A DNA stretch of 64,000 nucleotides from Glycera tridactyla (lineage: Eukaryota), in NCBI GenBank assembly GCA_965644265.1, contig OZ286461.1, positions 96,472,001 through 96,536,000 on the forward strand. Reading direction: 5' to 3'. The position numbers were made by a program, and so were the translations under genes. The notes beneath the pieces are model-generated. The model saw only the letters and a program-made list of their open reading frames with translations, was not told the origin of the DNA and did no database searches. Positions 37,501 through 46,198 of the stretch are shown here, in pieces; position 1 is the first letter of the stretch; every line of letters starts with the position of its first letter.

Positions 37501-39803
37501 AATGTGAAATGACAACAGGTTTTACCAGCACCAGTGGCATATTTTGCCAAAACATATGTAGATAGTATGTCCCTCTTGCAACCTATCACAATAGCAGGTT
37601 CGATTTGGTTGATGAAAGTATCATATCATCTTTTCAATGCTATTTATTGTGTGAAAAGATGAGTTCGAACCAGTCAAATATCAACTGAACCTTGCAGGCT
37701 GGAGGAGGCGTATATGAGTTTGACGGATCTGATCGAGACAGAGGTACTTCCGGCGGAAATGACGTTTTCAGCCGAGTTGAACACTCAGGTGATGAACGCA
37801 CTGCGTGGAGCCAGTATCGAGCTGTCACAGGACCTGGAGACGGCAATACCAGCACTCAGTCAAGCCTTGCTTACAGAAACCGACTCTGCTTACCACTGCT
37901 GTAACGTAATGCTGAACCTTATCAGTACGTATCTCTTACCATATTATGCCACACTTGCATGATTTTCTGCGATAATAGTATGATATCACTTGAAATACTC
38001 CTCGGTTGGGAAGTATTGCGGGACTGTTTTTGCTGTTTGAGCTTACTGGTACCCTAGCTTCTATAAATATATGAAACTGTGCTGATGGATAGGGTACAAG
38101 TGAGTATGGAAGGTGAACAAAATGGCGGATGCGTGTTGTCAAGTCATATCTCACGAAGTAGGGCGAAGATTATAACAAGAACAAGAGAATTGATGAGGGG
38201 AAAAAGTTTGACTGTGGCATAAATGCAAGAACTGGCACCATGAGTGGTCCCTCGTGATATCACTTCCCCTGCAATCCTTCGGTTGCGATATCATCGATCA
38301 GACGACCCAGGTTGGAGATTCTTGCTATAATCGCAAAATTCATCCTTTCCAAATTATCTTAGGTGGAAATGTTACTGCTATGACTGCTGAGATTCTCAGC
38401 ATTGGTTGCTTCAGTGTTCATAGTGCTATTGGGATCAGCTTTACTATTCCGCAACGAACATGAAATGGTTGCGAGTGGGGAGAAATTCCTTGTAGGTCCC
38501 CAACAGGTGAAGAATGAAGACATCCCGAGACCGGTCATCTATCCGTAGATCAAGCCATAGAACATATGTCCCGATTACTGATCCCATGTTGTCTGTTCAC
38601 ATTTAAAAACTAAATTGTGAAAAAGTTTGCCAGGGTCGACTGCGAGCTCGTTGATCAATACGTGGATATGACAAGTACGTTTGACACAATCAACTTTTCC
38701 AATGTATATGTACATACCCATCTGAAAGTTTCAACGATGGTCCGACTGTACAGCCACATTGTTATCGAATAAGCATATCACTGAATGTTTCCGCTTTTCT
38801 AATTTCAGCTGAAATGATCCCTCATATGAATTTGGACTGGTTACTACAACTGATAGAAGAGGAAGAGGCAGAAAGCGAGCCCTCAGAGCCCGGTGTTATC
38901 TTACAAACGCTTGATATTAATGCTATCATCGAGCACATAATGTCGCTGGCCGGCGATGAATGTAAGTTGACTTGTCAAATCGAATTCAAGTCTTTTGTAA
39001 GGAATTCTCAATATAAAGCCAGCCAGTGCTTTTCATGTAGAATCATTGAAATCCCATGTGCCTATCTGGTGCCTGTCCACAAGCATGCACTCTGAAACGA
39101 TTTTTTTATGAAAGCCAGTGTGAATTTACTGTAGGAGCAGTAATTTTTGAACTGATCCAAATGTGACTTTATCATGAGGGTGTAAGATTACAGGAAACAT
39201 AGATATCCACCAGTGGTGCGAAAAATTTCCAAGAAGGCTGCCTGGCCATATTCCAGGATCCACTCAGAATCAATAGTTCCCAATGCTTTCTGTATGATAA
39301 TGTGATAGGCCTCCATATATAAGACATTTTGGTTGGAATTCTGGAGCATGTTTGGTTTTAGGATTGGTTAGAAATGCCTTGAATGACATCTCGATAGAGG
39401 ATATCCGCCAACTAATGCCTAATTTCCTCATGATTAGTGACAATCTTTACTGTGTTCTACTGTTGGCCTCGATATGGTTTACTTATTATTTTGAAAAAAG
39501 GCCCCGTACTTGCATTACAGGTATGTGTGGATGACTTATTTAATTTTTTCTGAATTTGCAGTGGCTGCGATGCCCGACATGGATGTACCCCCAACAGCCT
39601 TCTTCATTAGTTTCCTAGACAGCCTGATCTACCGCATGCACGAGCTGGGCATCTCCAACTGGGACGTGATCGGCATGTTGTTGGACTCGCTTCAGTACGC
39701 CTTCGCCAACTTCCCCGAGCAGGACGTGTCCATACTGCAGAATGCCTTGCGTGAAGTCCAGCTGACCAGAGTCTTGAAACGGCGCCGGGGTCTCATCCAC
39801 TGA
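15..39803 (+). CDS. 5'-partial 54-exon gene encoding a giant (>3250 aa) acidic, Leu-rich, nearly Lys-free tandem-repeat protein of unknown family (10 full five-exon cassettes + A/B/C' + terminal exon)
   Basis: All 54 exons are bounded by AG/GT, phases chain 1-2-1-1-1 with no junction stop, exon lengths recur (202/221/201/201) and the translated exons are mutually homologous. Summed length is 9752 nt, +1 nt from an upstream exon = 3251 codons including TGA at 39801-39803. Confidence 0.93.
1963..2535 (+). mobile_element. Non-autonomous Helentron-type element (HINE / DINE-1-like) in intron B1-C1
   Basis: 5' TTTTT-ATGCCTCCGCCAT-atc-ATGGCGGATGGCAT palindrome; (GT)13 microsatellite at 2016-2041; ~2.8 tandem 147-bp units (starts 2055, 2202, 2349); 3' subTIR GGAGGCAT (2501-2508, reverse complement of 1968-1975); stem-loop GTGTCC-tat-GGACAC; end CTTTCTAGTT. 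This layout matches the published HINE architecture. Confidence 0.75.
5170..8278 (+). CDS. Cassette 2 exons: A2 5170-5371, B2 6274-6494, C2 7160-7213, D2 7614-7814, E2 8078-8278
   Basis: Lengths 202/221/54/201/201; motifs LGDGRCL, GELTPHLSL, GLDFCSDGLP, PFQGPLH; AG/GT boundaries in the expected phases. Confidence 0.93.
7934..8052. repeat. 17-bp minisatellite (GTGGTATATATGGGCTG)x7
   Basis: Five perfect copies and two copies with a G>A variant, counted directly. Confidence 0.95.
8842..11641 (+). CDS. Cassette 3 exons: A3 8842-9043, B3 9418-9638, C3 10347-10412, D3 10779-10979, E3 11441-11641
   Basis: Lengths 202/221/66/201/201; LAPGDCL, GQLTPNMNI, GLEMCEVG, PFHGPLYH. Confidence 0.93.
12200..14824 (+). 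CDS. Cassette 4 exons: A4 12200-12401, B4 12735-12952, C4 13235-13318, D4 13976-14176, E4 14624-14824
   Basis: Lengths 202/218 (one-codon deletion)/84/201/201; LGAGTCL, GQMLPQLNL, GLNYCQQGLP, PFHGPLHN. Confidence 0.93.
15488..17782 (+). CDS. Cassette 5 exons: A5 15488-15689, B5 16218-16438, C5 16792-16860, D5 17083-17283, E5 17582-17782
   Basis: Lengths 202/221/69/201/201; LGSGECL, GEMVPNLNLESLL (AAG acceptor), LEWCETGVP, PFHGVLNN. Confidence 0.91.
18756..21317 (+). CDS. Cassette 6 exons: A6 18756-18957, B6 19529-19749, C6 20159-20224, D6 20487-20687, E6 21117-21317
   Basis: Lengths 202/221/66/201/201; LGAGSCM, GDIGPQLNLESLL, GLDYCDDTLP, PFHGPLHN. Confidence 0.93.
21915..24740 (+). CDS. Cassette 7 exons: A7 21915-22116, B7 22547-22767, C7 23107-23181, D7 23933-24133, E7 24540-24740
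   Basis: Lengths 202/221/75/201/201; LGDGACL, AEITPSLNLESLL, GIAYCEDGLP, PFHGPLHS. Confidence 0.93.
25562..28533 (+). CDS. Cassette 8 exons: A8 25562-25763, B8 26322-26542, C8 27162-27227, D8 27570-27770, E8 28333-28533
   Basis: Lengths 202/221/66/201/201; VGTGRCL, LSMESLLQTFPP, NLVYCTDGLP, PFHGPLNS. Confidence 0.92.
26043..26128. mobile_element. Terminal fragment of a Tc1/mariner (pogo-like) MITE
   Basis: Sub-repeats (ctataaaagccacc / tatataaaggccacc) ending GGTGGCCTTCATAGACGGGTTTGACTG + TA, i.e. a CAGTCAAACC... TIR next to TA. No partner TIR found. Confidence 0.45.
27829..28040 (+). repeat. Dispersed repeat family R1, copy in intron D8-E8
   Basis: Aligns by eye with 29090-29385, 40593-40870 and 51445-51580 (atagttagatatgcca...gtgtctg.actgtcagc...cttga.aa.ctttcaggtt.ccca...gaccaggaacac...gggttgatac). 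Confidence 0.8.
29090..29385 (+). repeat. Dispersed repeat family R1, copy in intron E8-A9
   Basis: Same core as the other copies; shares an extra ~85-bp 5' extension (ctaatgct...catcaggct..gttagctt) with the 40593 copy. Confidence 0.8.
29589..32542 (+). CDS. Cassette 9 exons: A9 29589-29790, B9 30260-30480, C9 31135-31200, D9 31695-31892, E9 32342-32542
   Basis: Lengths 202/221/66/198 (one-codon deletion)/201; LGSGRCL, MDLDSLLEEFPP, GLAYCQDALP, PFHPLLHH. Confidence 0.93.
31214..31560 (-). pseudogene. Possible decayed APE-type endonuclease fragment of a LINE, antisense in intron C9-D9
   Basis: 140-aa ORF with RPDTIVV...ENDETTTGDEM...GSEGVGKYI...CELILL, loosely resembling the PDII..TETWL...RGGGVG.YI...E pattern. 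Catalytic motifs are not intact. Confidence 0.3.
32127..32215. mobile_element. Short degenerate MITE related to the 26043-26128 fragment
   Basis: Left CAGTAAAGAACCCTTTTACAAAGGTCACC is an imperfect inverted repeat of right GGTGGTCTTTGTAGGCAGGTACAACTG + TA. Confidence 0.4.
33208..36345 (+). CDS. Cassette 10 exons: A10 33208-33409, B10 34107-34327, C10 34849-34908, D10 35518-35718, E10 36145-36345
   Basis: Lengths 202/221/60/201/201; LGSGRCL, LDLETLLEELTP, QDFCEQGLP, PFHGPLNS. Confidence 0.93.
36783..38961 (+). CDS. Final partial cassette: A11 36783-36984, B11 37698-37924, extended C11 38809-38961
   Basis: A11 202 nt (LGSGSCV); B11 227 nt (two extra codons, ends YHCCNVMLNLI); C11 starts like other C exons (EMIPHMNLDWLL), continues EEEEAESEPSEP plus a helical segment and ends at a strong T|GTAAGT donor. 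Confidence 0.87.
39562..39803 (+). CDS. Terminal coding exon (unique C-terminal tail, ends ...LTRVLKRRRGLIH*)
   Basis: Pyrimidine tract + GCAG acceptor, phase-1 compatible with C11, same acidic/Leu composition, TGA followed by AATAAA 72 nt downstream. Confidence 0.82.
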
Positions 39804-39874
39804 GCCAACCGACAGGGAAGCAATCTGCGATTTGGACCTGATCTCATCCAATTCTGTTACTGTTATTTATTCAT

Positions 39875-39880
39875 AATAAA
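39875..39880 (+). promoter_or_regulatory. Probable polyadenylation signal of the repeat-protein gene
   Basis: AATAAA 72 nt after the stop codon, followed by GT/T-rich sequence (ctgttatgtctc). Confidence 0.65.
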
Positions 39881-40592
39881 CTGTTATGTCTCGGGTCATG
39901 GACTTTGTTCGTTATTCTACTCTGTATTGGTTGGTGAGAGCATTGTGAAGTTGGCATTTCCGGTTGAAACAAACGCAATGTTACTGGAACAGGCGTTGAA
40001 TAAAAGAACCAGCTGCAATTGTTCGGGATGGCTACCAACGTTCACACCAAACAAAGGGAAGACCAGTGGGATGTCAGATGTCAATAATCCCATCAGTTTC
40101 AATCTGCCTGCTTTGCGGGGACATCATGAGAACATGAGTAAGTGGTCCATCTACTTTGAACAAATATATAAGGGTATTTGATGTCTTCATCAATTCATGG
40201 AGGTTTTCTGAAGCGTCTGGAACCTTCGCGATGTGGCATAGATGGAGGCGCTTTCGCTAATAGGAATTCCACCGTGAATGTCTTGAATTTCATAGATTTT
40301 CACCTTCCATGGGGTCGCGAATGATTCTACCCATGCTTATTGCATGGGCGTCTCAATAAAGCGCAAATTGTACATATTCAAACAAAACAAACCATCAAAT
40401 TTTATACTCCTTGATTTGCAAGCCTGGGCTGATTGATACATCAGTAATCGCAGAATATTCGTCTAAGGTGAGAGATCAGTGTTGCCAATTGCACCTAAAA
40501 GGTTCAACACCTAAGTCATCTCAACCAATCGGGAATGTCCAGTGTGCACTTCACCAGTCATTTGGATATTGGGATAAATTTGAACAGGCCCA

Positions 40593-40975
40593 TCTAATGC
40601 TATACCTTGTGTAAAGTGCTGCGCCAATCAAGCATTGCCATCAGGCTTGAGTGTTAGCTTTCAAATAATTAGATAGTTAGATACGCCATCGTCAGCTTTG
40701 TTTTTTGTTGAGTAGGTAGGTGTGTCTGAACTGTCAGCTACTCCCACTTGATAACCTTTCAGGTTCCCCATCATTCTGTGTTCAGGGTTTGTGAGTGATG
40801 TCTGCAGGGGAGAGGACATCTAACTTTCATTAACCAGGAACACATGGCATACATAGCCCTAGGGTTGGTCTACACTGGTAAGGATTTATCCATGAGAATT
40901 TGACTTACTAATTGTACGTGATGCCTACAGGGGACCGAATTACTAGCTTTCATTGACCAGCAGTAATGTGTGGAT
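40593..40975 (+). repeat. Dispersed repeat family R1, downstream copy plus a partial duplicate (40920-40975)
   Basis: Core ...actcccacttgataacctttcaggttccccatcattctgtgttcagggtttgtgagtgatgtctgcagggg...; ctagctttcattgaccag recurs at ~40944. Confidence 0.8.
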
Positions 40976-42431
40976 AATTACCGTACCGTTTCTGGGACCT
41001 GTAAAAGTATACTCACCACATCAAATGAGTCCCTCAATCTAGTCCTCGAGCAAGCCTTTCCTTTGTACCTTGGAAGTGCTGCCATTGGGATAAATTCCAC
41101 ACATCTCACAAAAATCGCATTATAGGGGACGGGGCAATGCTTCCCGTGAAACAAAATTTCATGTTAGATAACTTTCCGTTGAATTCAGCTCGGTGTACCC
41201 CCTCACAATCTAAATTCACTGGAGCCGATGAAACTGGTCGGTATAGTAACGAGAGGCATATATTCGGAGGTCGCTCAGGTATGAGCTAAACTTTCGAACC
41301 AAAGTGGCTTATCTGTCCCCTGCGATTAATTCCTCCTCGTTAAATGAAACTATCTTTCAAGCTGGCCATCGTTTGTGTATTGCGGAGAGTATTAGTGATG
41401 CGTGAAACCTAGGTCTAAATCTCGATACATCTGGGTCACGTCAACTCAAGTCCAAAGTGAGCATGTCAAAACAACTTTAAATTCATAGGTTGTCAAGGTA
41501 CTATGATGTTGCGGATTATCAAAACGTGTGATAATCACATAAGAAAATGAGTTGATCCACCACATTTGAGACTCCGATCTGGTAACCCATGCTTCTATCT
41601 GTCTAGTCATGATCACGAGCCTCTTGTTCCCATGGATAAATGAATTCCTTGGACTATTTCTATGTGCGGGAAATTGTGAAGGAAATCTGACTAGCGACAA
41701 GCATGATGGCTATCAATTTGATAATTGAATGGTCAACGGCTGGCGATTACTTTCGACAAAATGTTAGTTTGGGGAGAATACGCTATCTTGAAGGTATTTG
41801 AAGACTTGGCCATACTTGAAATTTAGTGGCCACCGTTTTGAGTAGTCCAATCCGATGAGGACCTTTCGTTATGAGATTCTCACAATTACCCACAGGTCCT
41901 TAATTATCCCATAGGCAATACATGGGCATCTCCATGTAGCCCAGAATATGCTAGCTAGACAAACTACCAAACCTCAGCCATGTCCTCTTCTGTATTTCAA
42001 AGGGAATTCTACCCTCTCATGCCTGTGCAAGGGCTGATATATTTCATCAGGCAGGTGTCTCGGCCATTTCAAGAATTGTAATTCGGGCGATTGGAACGAG
42101 ATTTCCAACTGTCCTTCCCCTACACTTTCGCCTATTCTCCGCATATGATCCCGATAACGGATATACCGGCCCTTAAAGTTATCCTGCCTGTCTATTTTTA
42201 TCTATATATAAACGAAGTGCAATAAGACATTTGGAGCTTATTTCAACGTGCGTCTCCCTGTTTCGATTACTCTGCTGTCCTAGTTTAATATCAGTCCCAT
42301 GGGCTCTGTGGTGATTTCTGCAGCAACAAAGTCTGACGCCCGGAGGCTTTCTATGTCCTCGCTGCTGACAGAAGGCAAGCCATACTCCATCAAAGCTCAG
42401 GGCGTTGAGTTCAAAGCCTGGTATAAATACG

Positions 42432-45400
42432 TCTGTCAAGTTTAATCATGGCGAGTACGTTTTTCGCCCCAGCATCGCGAATTCGATGTGATCACACAGA
42501 CGTTCACTTGTTTATTTCACCTTAGAACGCCAAATATGTAAATTTCACGCTGGTTTCGCGGCTAGTGCGGCGGCCGTATCTCCACTGTTTCGCATACAAA
42601 TAGTCGCCGATAATGGCGGCGGATTCGCCGTAAGAATGCAATGAAATGATAGTGCATCCTTTCAAACGTAAGCAGTATAACCGAAACCGAGTTCGATAAT
42701 CGCCGGAAGACCTGTACAATGCATTTGTGTCATTAAAAATTAAATCGGCCAAGAGGTGGCGAAGTTACCATTTGAAACGTACCCGCCACATTTGGATTTG
42801 ACAGAATTCCGCATATCTATCCTTTGTCGTGTAATATGTCGAAACCTCTTCATAATGAAATGTTAAGGGGTCGGTGATGAATAGATAAAGGTATGCAGCA
42901 TCAATACTTCCGATAGAACCGCATGAAATAGACACATCAGCAAGATATGTATCAGATATATACGAGTTCACTCCATCGAGATCACATTTCTATTCGTCAG
43001 TGATTTCAACCAAGCCAGTTTCGTGCCTTGGGTGTCAAAGCGCCGCCCATGACAAGAGACAAGACGCCTTATATACTAGATAGATAAATATACCCGTCAG
43101 GTTAGAACTGGGCAGACTTCAGTAGTGCCGATCCGTCAAGAATCACTGGTCTATTCAGCGCACGTCACAATGTCGATTTCAAACAAGAGTCGCTGTCTGG
43201 CTCCGACGACCAAGACATAAAGGAAGCACACGAGCGCGGGACTTTGCTGGGTTCATCTCGGAAGGATATCATTGTTTCAAGACGGAGAGATTCAACAGAG
43301 CTGTTTAATCATTCCTAATAACAACACAATAGAAAGATAAATCGAACATGTAATGCTGATACCATTCCTGTGTTATCCCTACGATATACATCTAAAAAAG
43401 AGCAAGCAAAAATGAATTGAGTTTGACCAGCCATGGATGAATGTGTGGTAGATGGCACGCGACGGCTTGTTGACAGAGCGGCGGGTTGGCGTCTCTTGGC
43501 GTCTGGGTCAGTTTCACTCTTAGGGAAAAGTCCAATCATGACGGTTACACTTATAATCATAACAAATCGGCATTGGCATCGGATTGAAATGAGACCCGCT
43601 GACAATATTTTTCGATATCTCCTGCCACCAGAAATATGAACGCAATGAATTTCATTTGTATATTCGGCCCTAGTGCGCCAGATATGTCGATTTCATACTG
43701 ATTTCATAGCGAGGGCGTTATTCGCCCTAGCAATCGCGAATTTGCATCTGATTCAAACGGAAGATGCTGACAGACATTGTCGGCATCTCCGTGATTAATC
43801 ATATGAGCTCGGTTAAGTTACCTCGTATATCTCAACATAGAGTGCCGAATATGTCGATTTCACGCTGGTTTCAGGGCGATTTCAGGGATGTCAGACGTTA
43901 ATACCGGCTGATTCGTCGTTAAAATGCTAATGTCTGTCAAGCTTGATCGAGGCGGGTACGTTTTTCACCCAAGCATCGCGAATTCGCATCAGATTGGAAT
44001 GGAACTTGCAGACCGACACTGTGGACATCTCCGACGATCAGAAATGTGATCACGCCGAGTTTTACTTGTATATTTCACCTTAGAACGCCAAATATGTCAA
44101 TTCCACGCTGGTTTGGCGGCGTGTGCGGCGACCGTATTCCCATTGTTTCATATACAAATTATCGCCGATAATGCCGGCGGATTCGCTGTAAAAATTCAAT
44201 GAAATGAAGGTGTAATCCTCTTCAGAAGCATGCAGTCTAGTCGAACCCAGGTTCAATGATCTATATATTCCACTCGTGCCATCGAAACTAAAATCGGACA
44301 TAAAATGGCGATGTTAGCGTCTGAAACGTACCCGCCACATTTGGATTTGACAGAGTTTATGAAATGATTGCGTATCATTTTCAAAAGCATGCAGATCATC
44401 TGGACACCAATGCAGTGATCACCGGAAGATCTATACATTCCATCCGTGAAAATGAAAGTAAAATCGGAAAAGAAACGGCTAAGTTGGCGTCTGAAACGTG
44501 CCAGGCACATTTGGATTTGGCTGAGTTTAGTCACAAGATTAGTGAAAGAGACCCGTGGTCTCGTGTGGAGTTTGGAATTGAGACCGCCAGCATACATCTC
44601 GGGCGTGATGACTGAGATGCCGCCGATGTCTTTGATGTCTAGCACGGAGGCGTCGGGCGCATCTTTGATCCACTGATCTCATTCTCTCCGCTATCGACAA
44701 ATGCTGGAATCACCAATCATACCACATCGCCCACAGCAACTGCGACCGGGAAAACGTTTACAAAGCCTTCAAAATTGTATACCAAATTGTACTTTCATAA
44801 GCTGAAGAGCTTGTGCATGATTGCATATAATTCCATCGACGGAGATCACCTCACTGATGTCAAGCTGAAAAAAAGAAAATATTTCTTTGCATGCAATCCT
44901 TTCATGTTAGAGAGGGTTGTGTTATCGTAATACATTTTTCAATAAAATATTCATGGAGCCCTTTGAAGCTTTGCATGCTTCATGAGAAAACCTGATGCAG
45001 CCATCATGCTTTAATGGATACCTTGCATCAGAAGTGATGGAATCGACAAAGATGATTTGAAGTACTATCACTTTCAAAGCGGAATGGCGTATTATAGCAA
45101 AAATATATGGTCTTCCGTCGATTATCGAACCTGGTTTCAGGTAGTCTGCATGCTTTTGAAGAGTATTTCGCCATTCCATCGCATTTTTCCGTATCGGCGA
45201 ATATATATGTATGCGAAACAGTGAGGATACGGCCACCGCACACACCATGGATGAAATCAACGTGAAATCGACATATTTGGCGTTTTATGGTGAAATGTTC
45301 ACGGTAACTTCACCGCGATCACATTTCTAGTCGCTGGAGATGTCAACACATTCTGTCAGCAAGTTGCAATCGAATCCGATGCGACTTCGCGATGCTAGGG

Positions 45401-45436
45401 CAAAATAACGGAACCGCCACAATTGAACTTGACAGA
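42432..45436. mobile_element. Cluster of related MITE/foldback-like units with ~30-bp imperfect terminal inverted repeats
   Basis: Unit 42432-42805 and unit 43933-44354 each start TCTGTCAAG...GGCG(A/G)GTACGTTT and end GAAACGTACCCGCCACATTTGGATTTGACAGA. Partial copies at ~43655-43890 and ~44360-44525; inverted copy at ~45080-45436. No TSD seen. Confidence 0.55.
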
Positions 45437-46198
45437 ATTAATTTCTCGTTGCTAGTGGATTCCTCGTGTCGAGCTCCTGTTCTCAGCGCATGTACAATGG
45501 TCTGGCAATGCGCCCATCATGGGTCATCATCAGTGCACAACCATCGTGACTCTGTCAGCTTTCCACTCAGCTCATTGCCACTCAGTGCCAGAAAGTTTTC
45601 CGGATTGGTCCTGATTTCGGGATAATTATCTCTACATAAGCCTCTTATGTGGGATTCAACCGTTGTGAAGAACAAAGCAATCGTGCAAATATTATTCGAT
45701 AAATAATAAAGAGCATTATATTCTCAATCACTAATCAAGTCGTGGAAATCAAGGATATTTACTGAATGTCGATTAATCTGGACAATGCAGTATGAAAGTG
45801 ATTTGAATGAAAGTCACCCAGCAATCACATGGGGTTATGCGGATCCCATGATCACATTGTTCTTTTCTGAGAAATTGTGAACGAGAAAACTATATAACTG
45901 GACCCGCATCTGATTGGACAATATCATCTCTGACGATCAAACCACTATCTCTGAGCGGGACACAGGAATTAGAATTTCATAGTTCCCTCAGACTTGAGTG
46001 AACACTTCCAGTACGTGAAATACCTGGTAAAATCGTCTTGAAGATTGTGGACTGCTGTCCCAGTTCTTTATCGTCTGTGTTCAGGGTCTGTGCGGATCAT
46101 GCTCACAGAAAAGCGGCACCCCTCCTCCGAATGTGAACACATGTCAACATACCGCATCTGTAGAACTGAAGAGCCATTCGGCTAGCAACGAAACAACG

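Noticed and set aside
1310-37855. Many minus-strand ORFs overlapping the exons (e.g. 3647-3907, 13905-14129, 30221-30643, 36814-36999)
   Set aside because: Shadow frames of GC-richer, Leu/Glu/Asp-biased exons; no conserved protein pattern of their own.
32-39803. Treating the ~50 short + strand ORFs as separate small genes or an operon-like array
   Set aside because: Homology between copies stops exactly at AG/GT sites, ORF starts and stops lie in unrelated intron sequence, and the phases chain into one frame.
15-39803. Assignment to multidomain globin, haemocyanin, hemerythrin, saposin or apolipoprotein families
   Set aside because: Cys number and spacing do not fit saposins (6 Cys). There is no globin B12.2/G7.0 intron pattern and no haemocyanin Cu-site motif. 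Lack of Lys/Arg is unlike class A apolipoprotein helices. No symbol given.
38961-39880. Reading the junction-generated UGA as selenocysteine
   Set aside because: No SECIS-like AUGA...AA...GA stem is visible in the short 3' UTR before AATAAA.
42522-44301. Paralogous ~75-aa minus-strand ORFs (42522-42752, 44080-44301) as a small gene family
   Set aside because: They lie inside the inverted-repeat units. One starts at TTG, and the inverted third copy has an in-frame stop at the homologous Trp codon.
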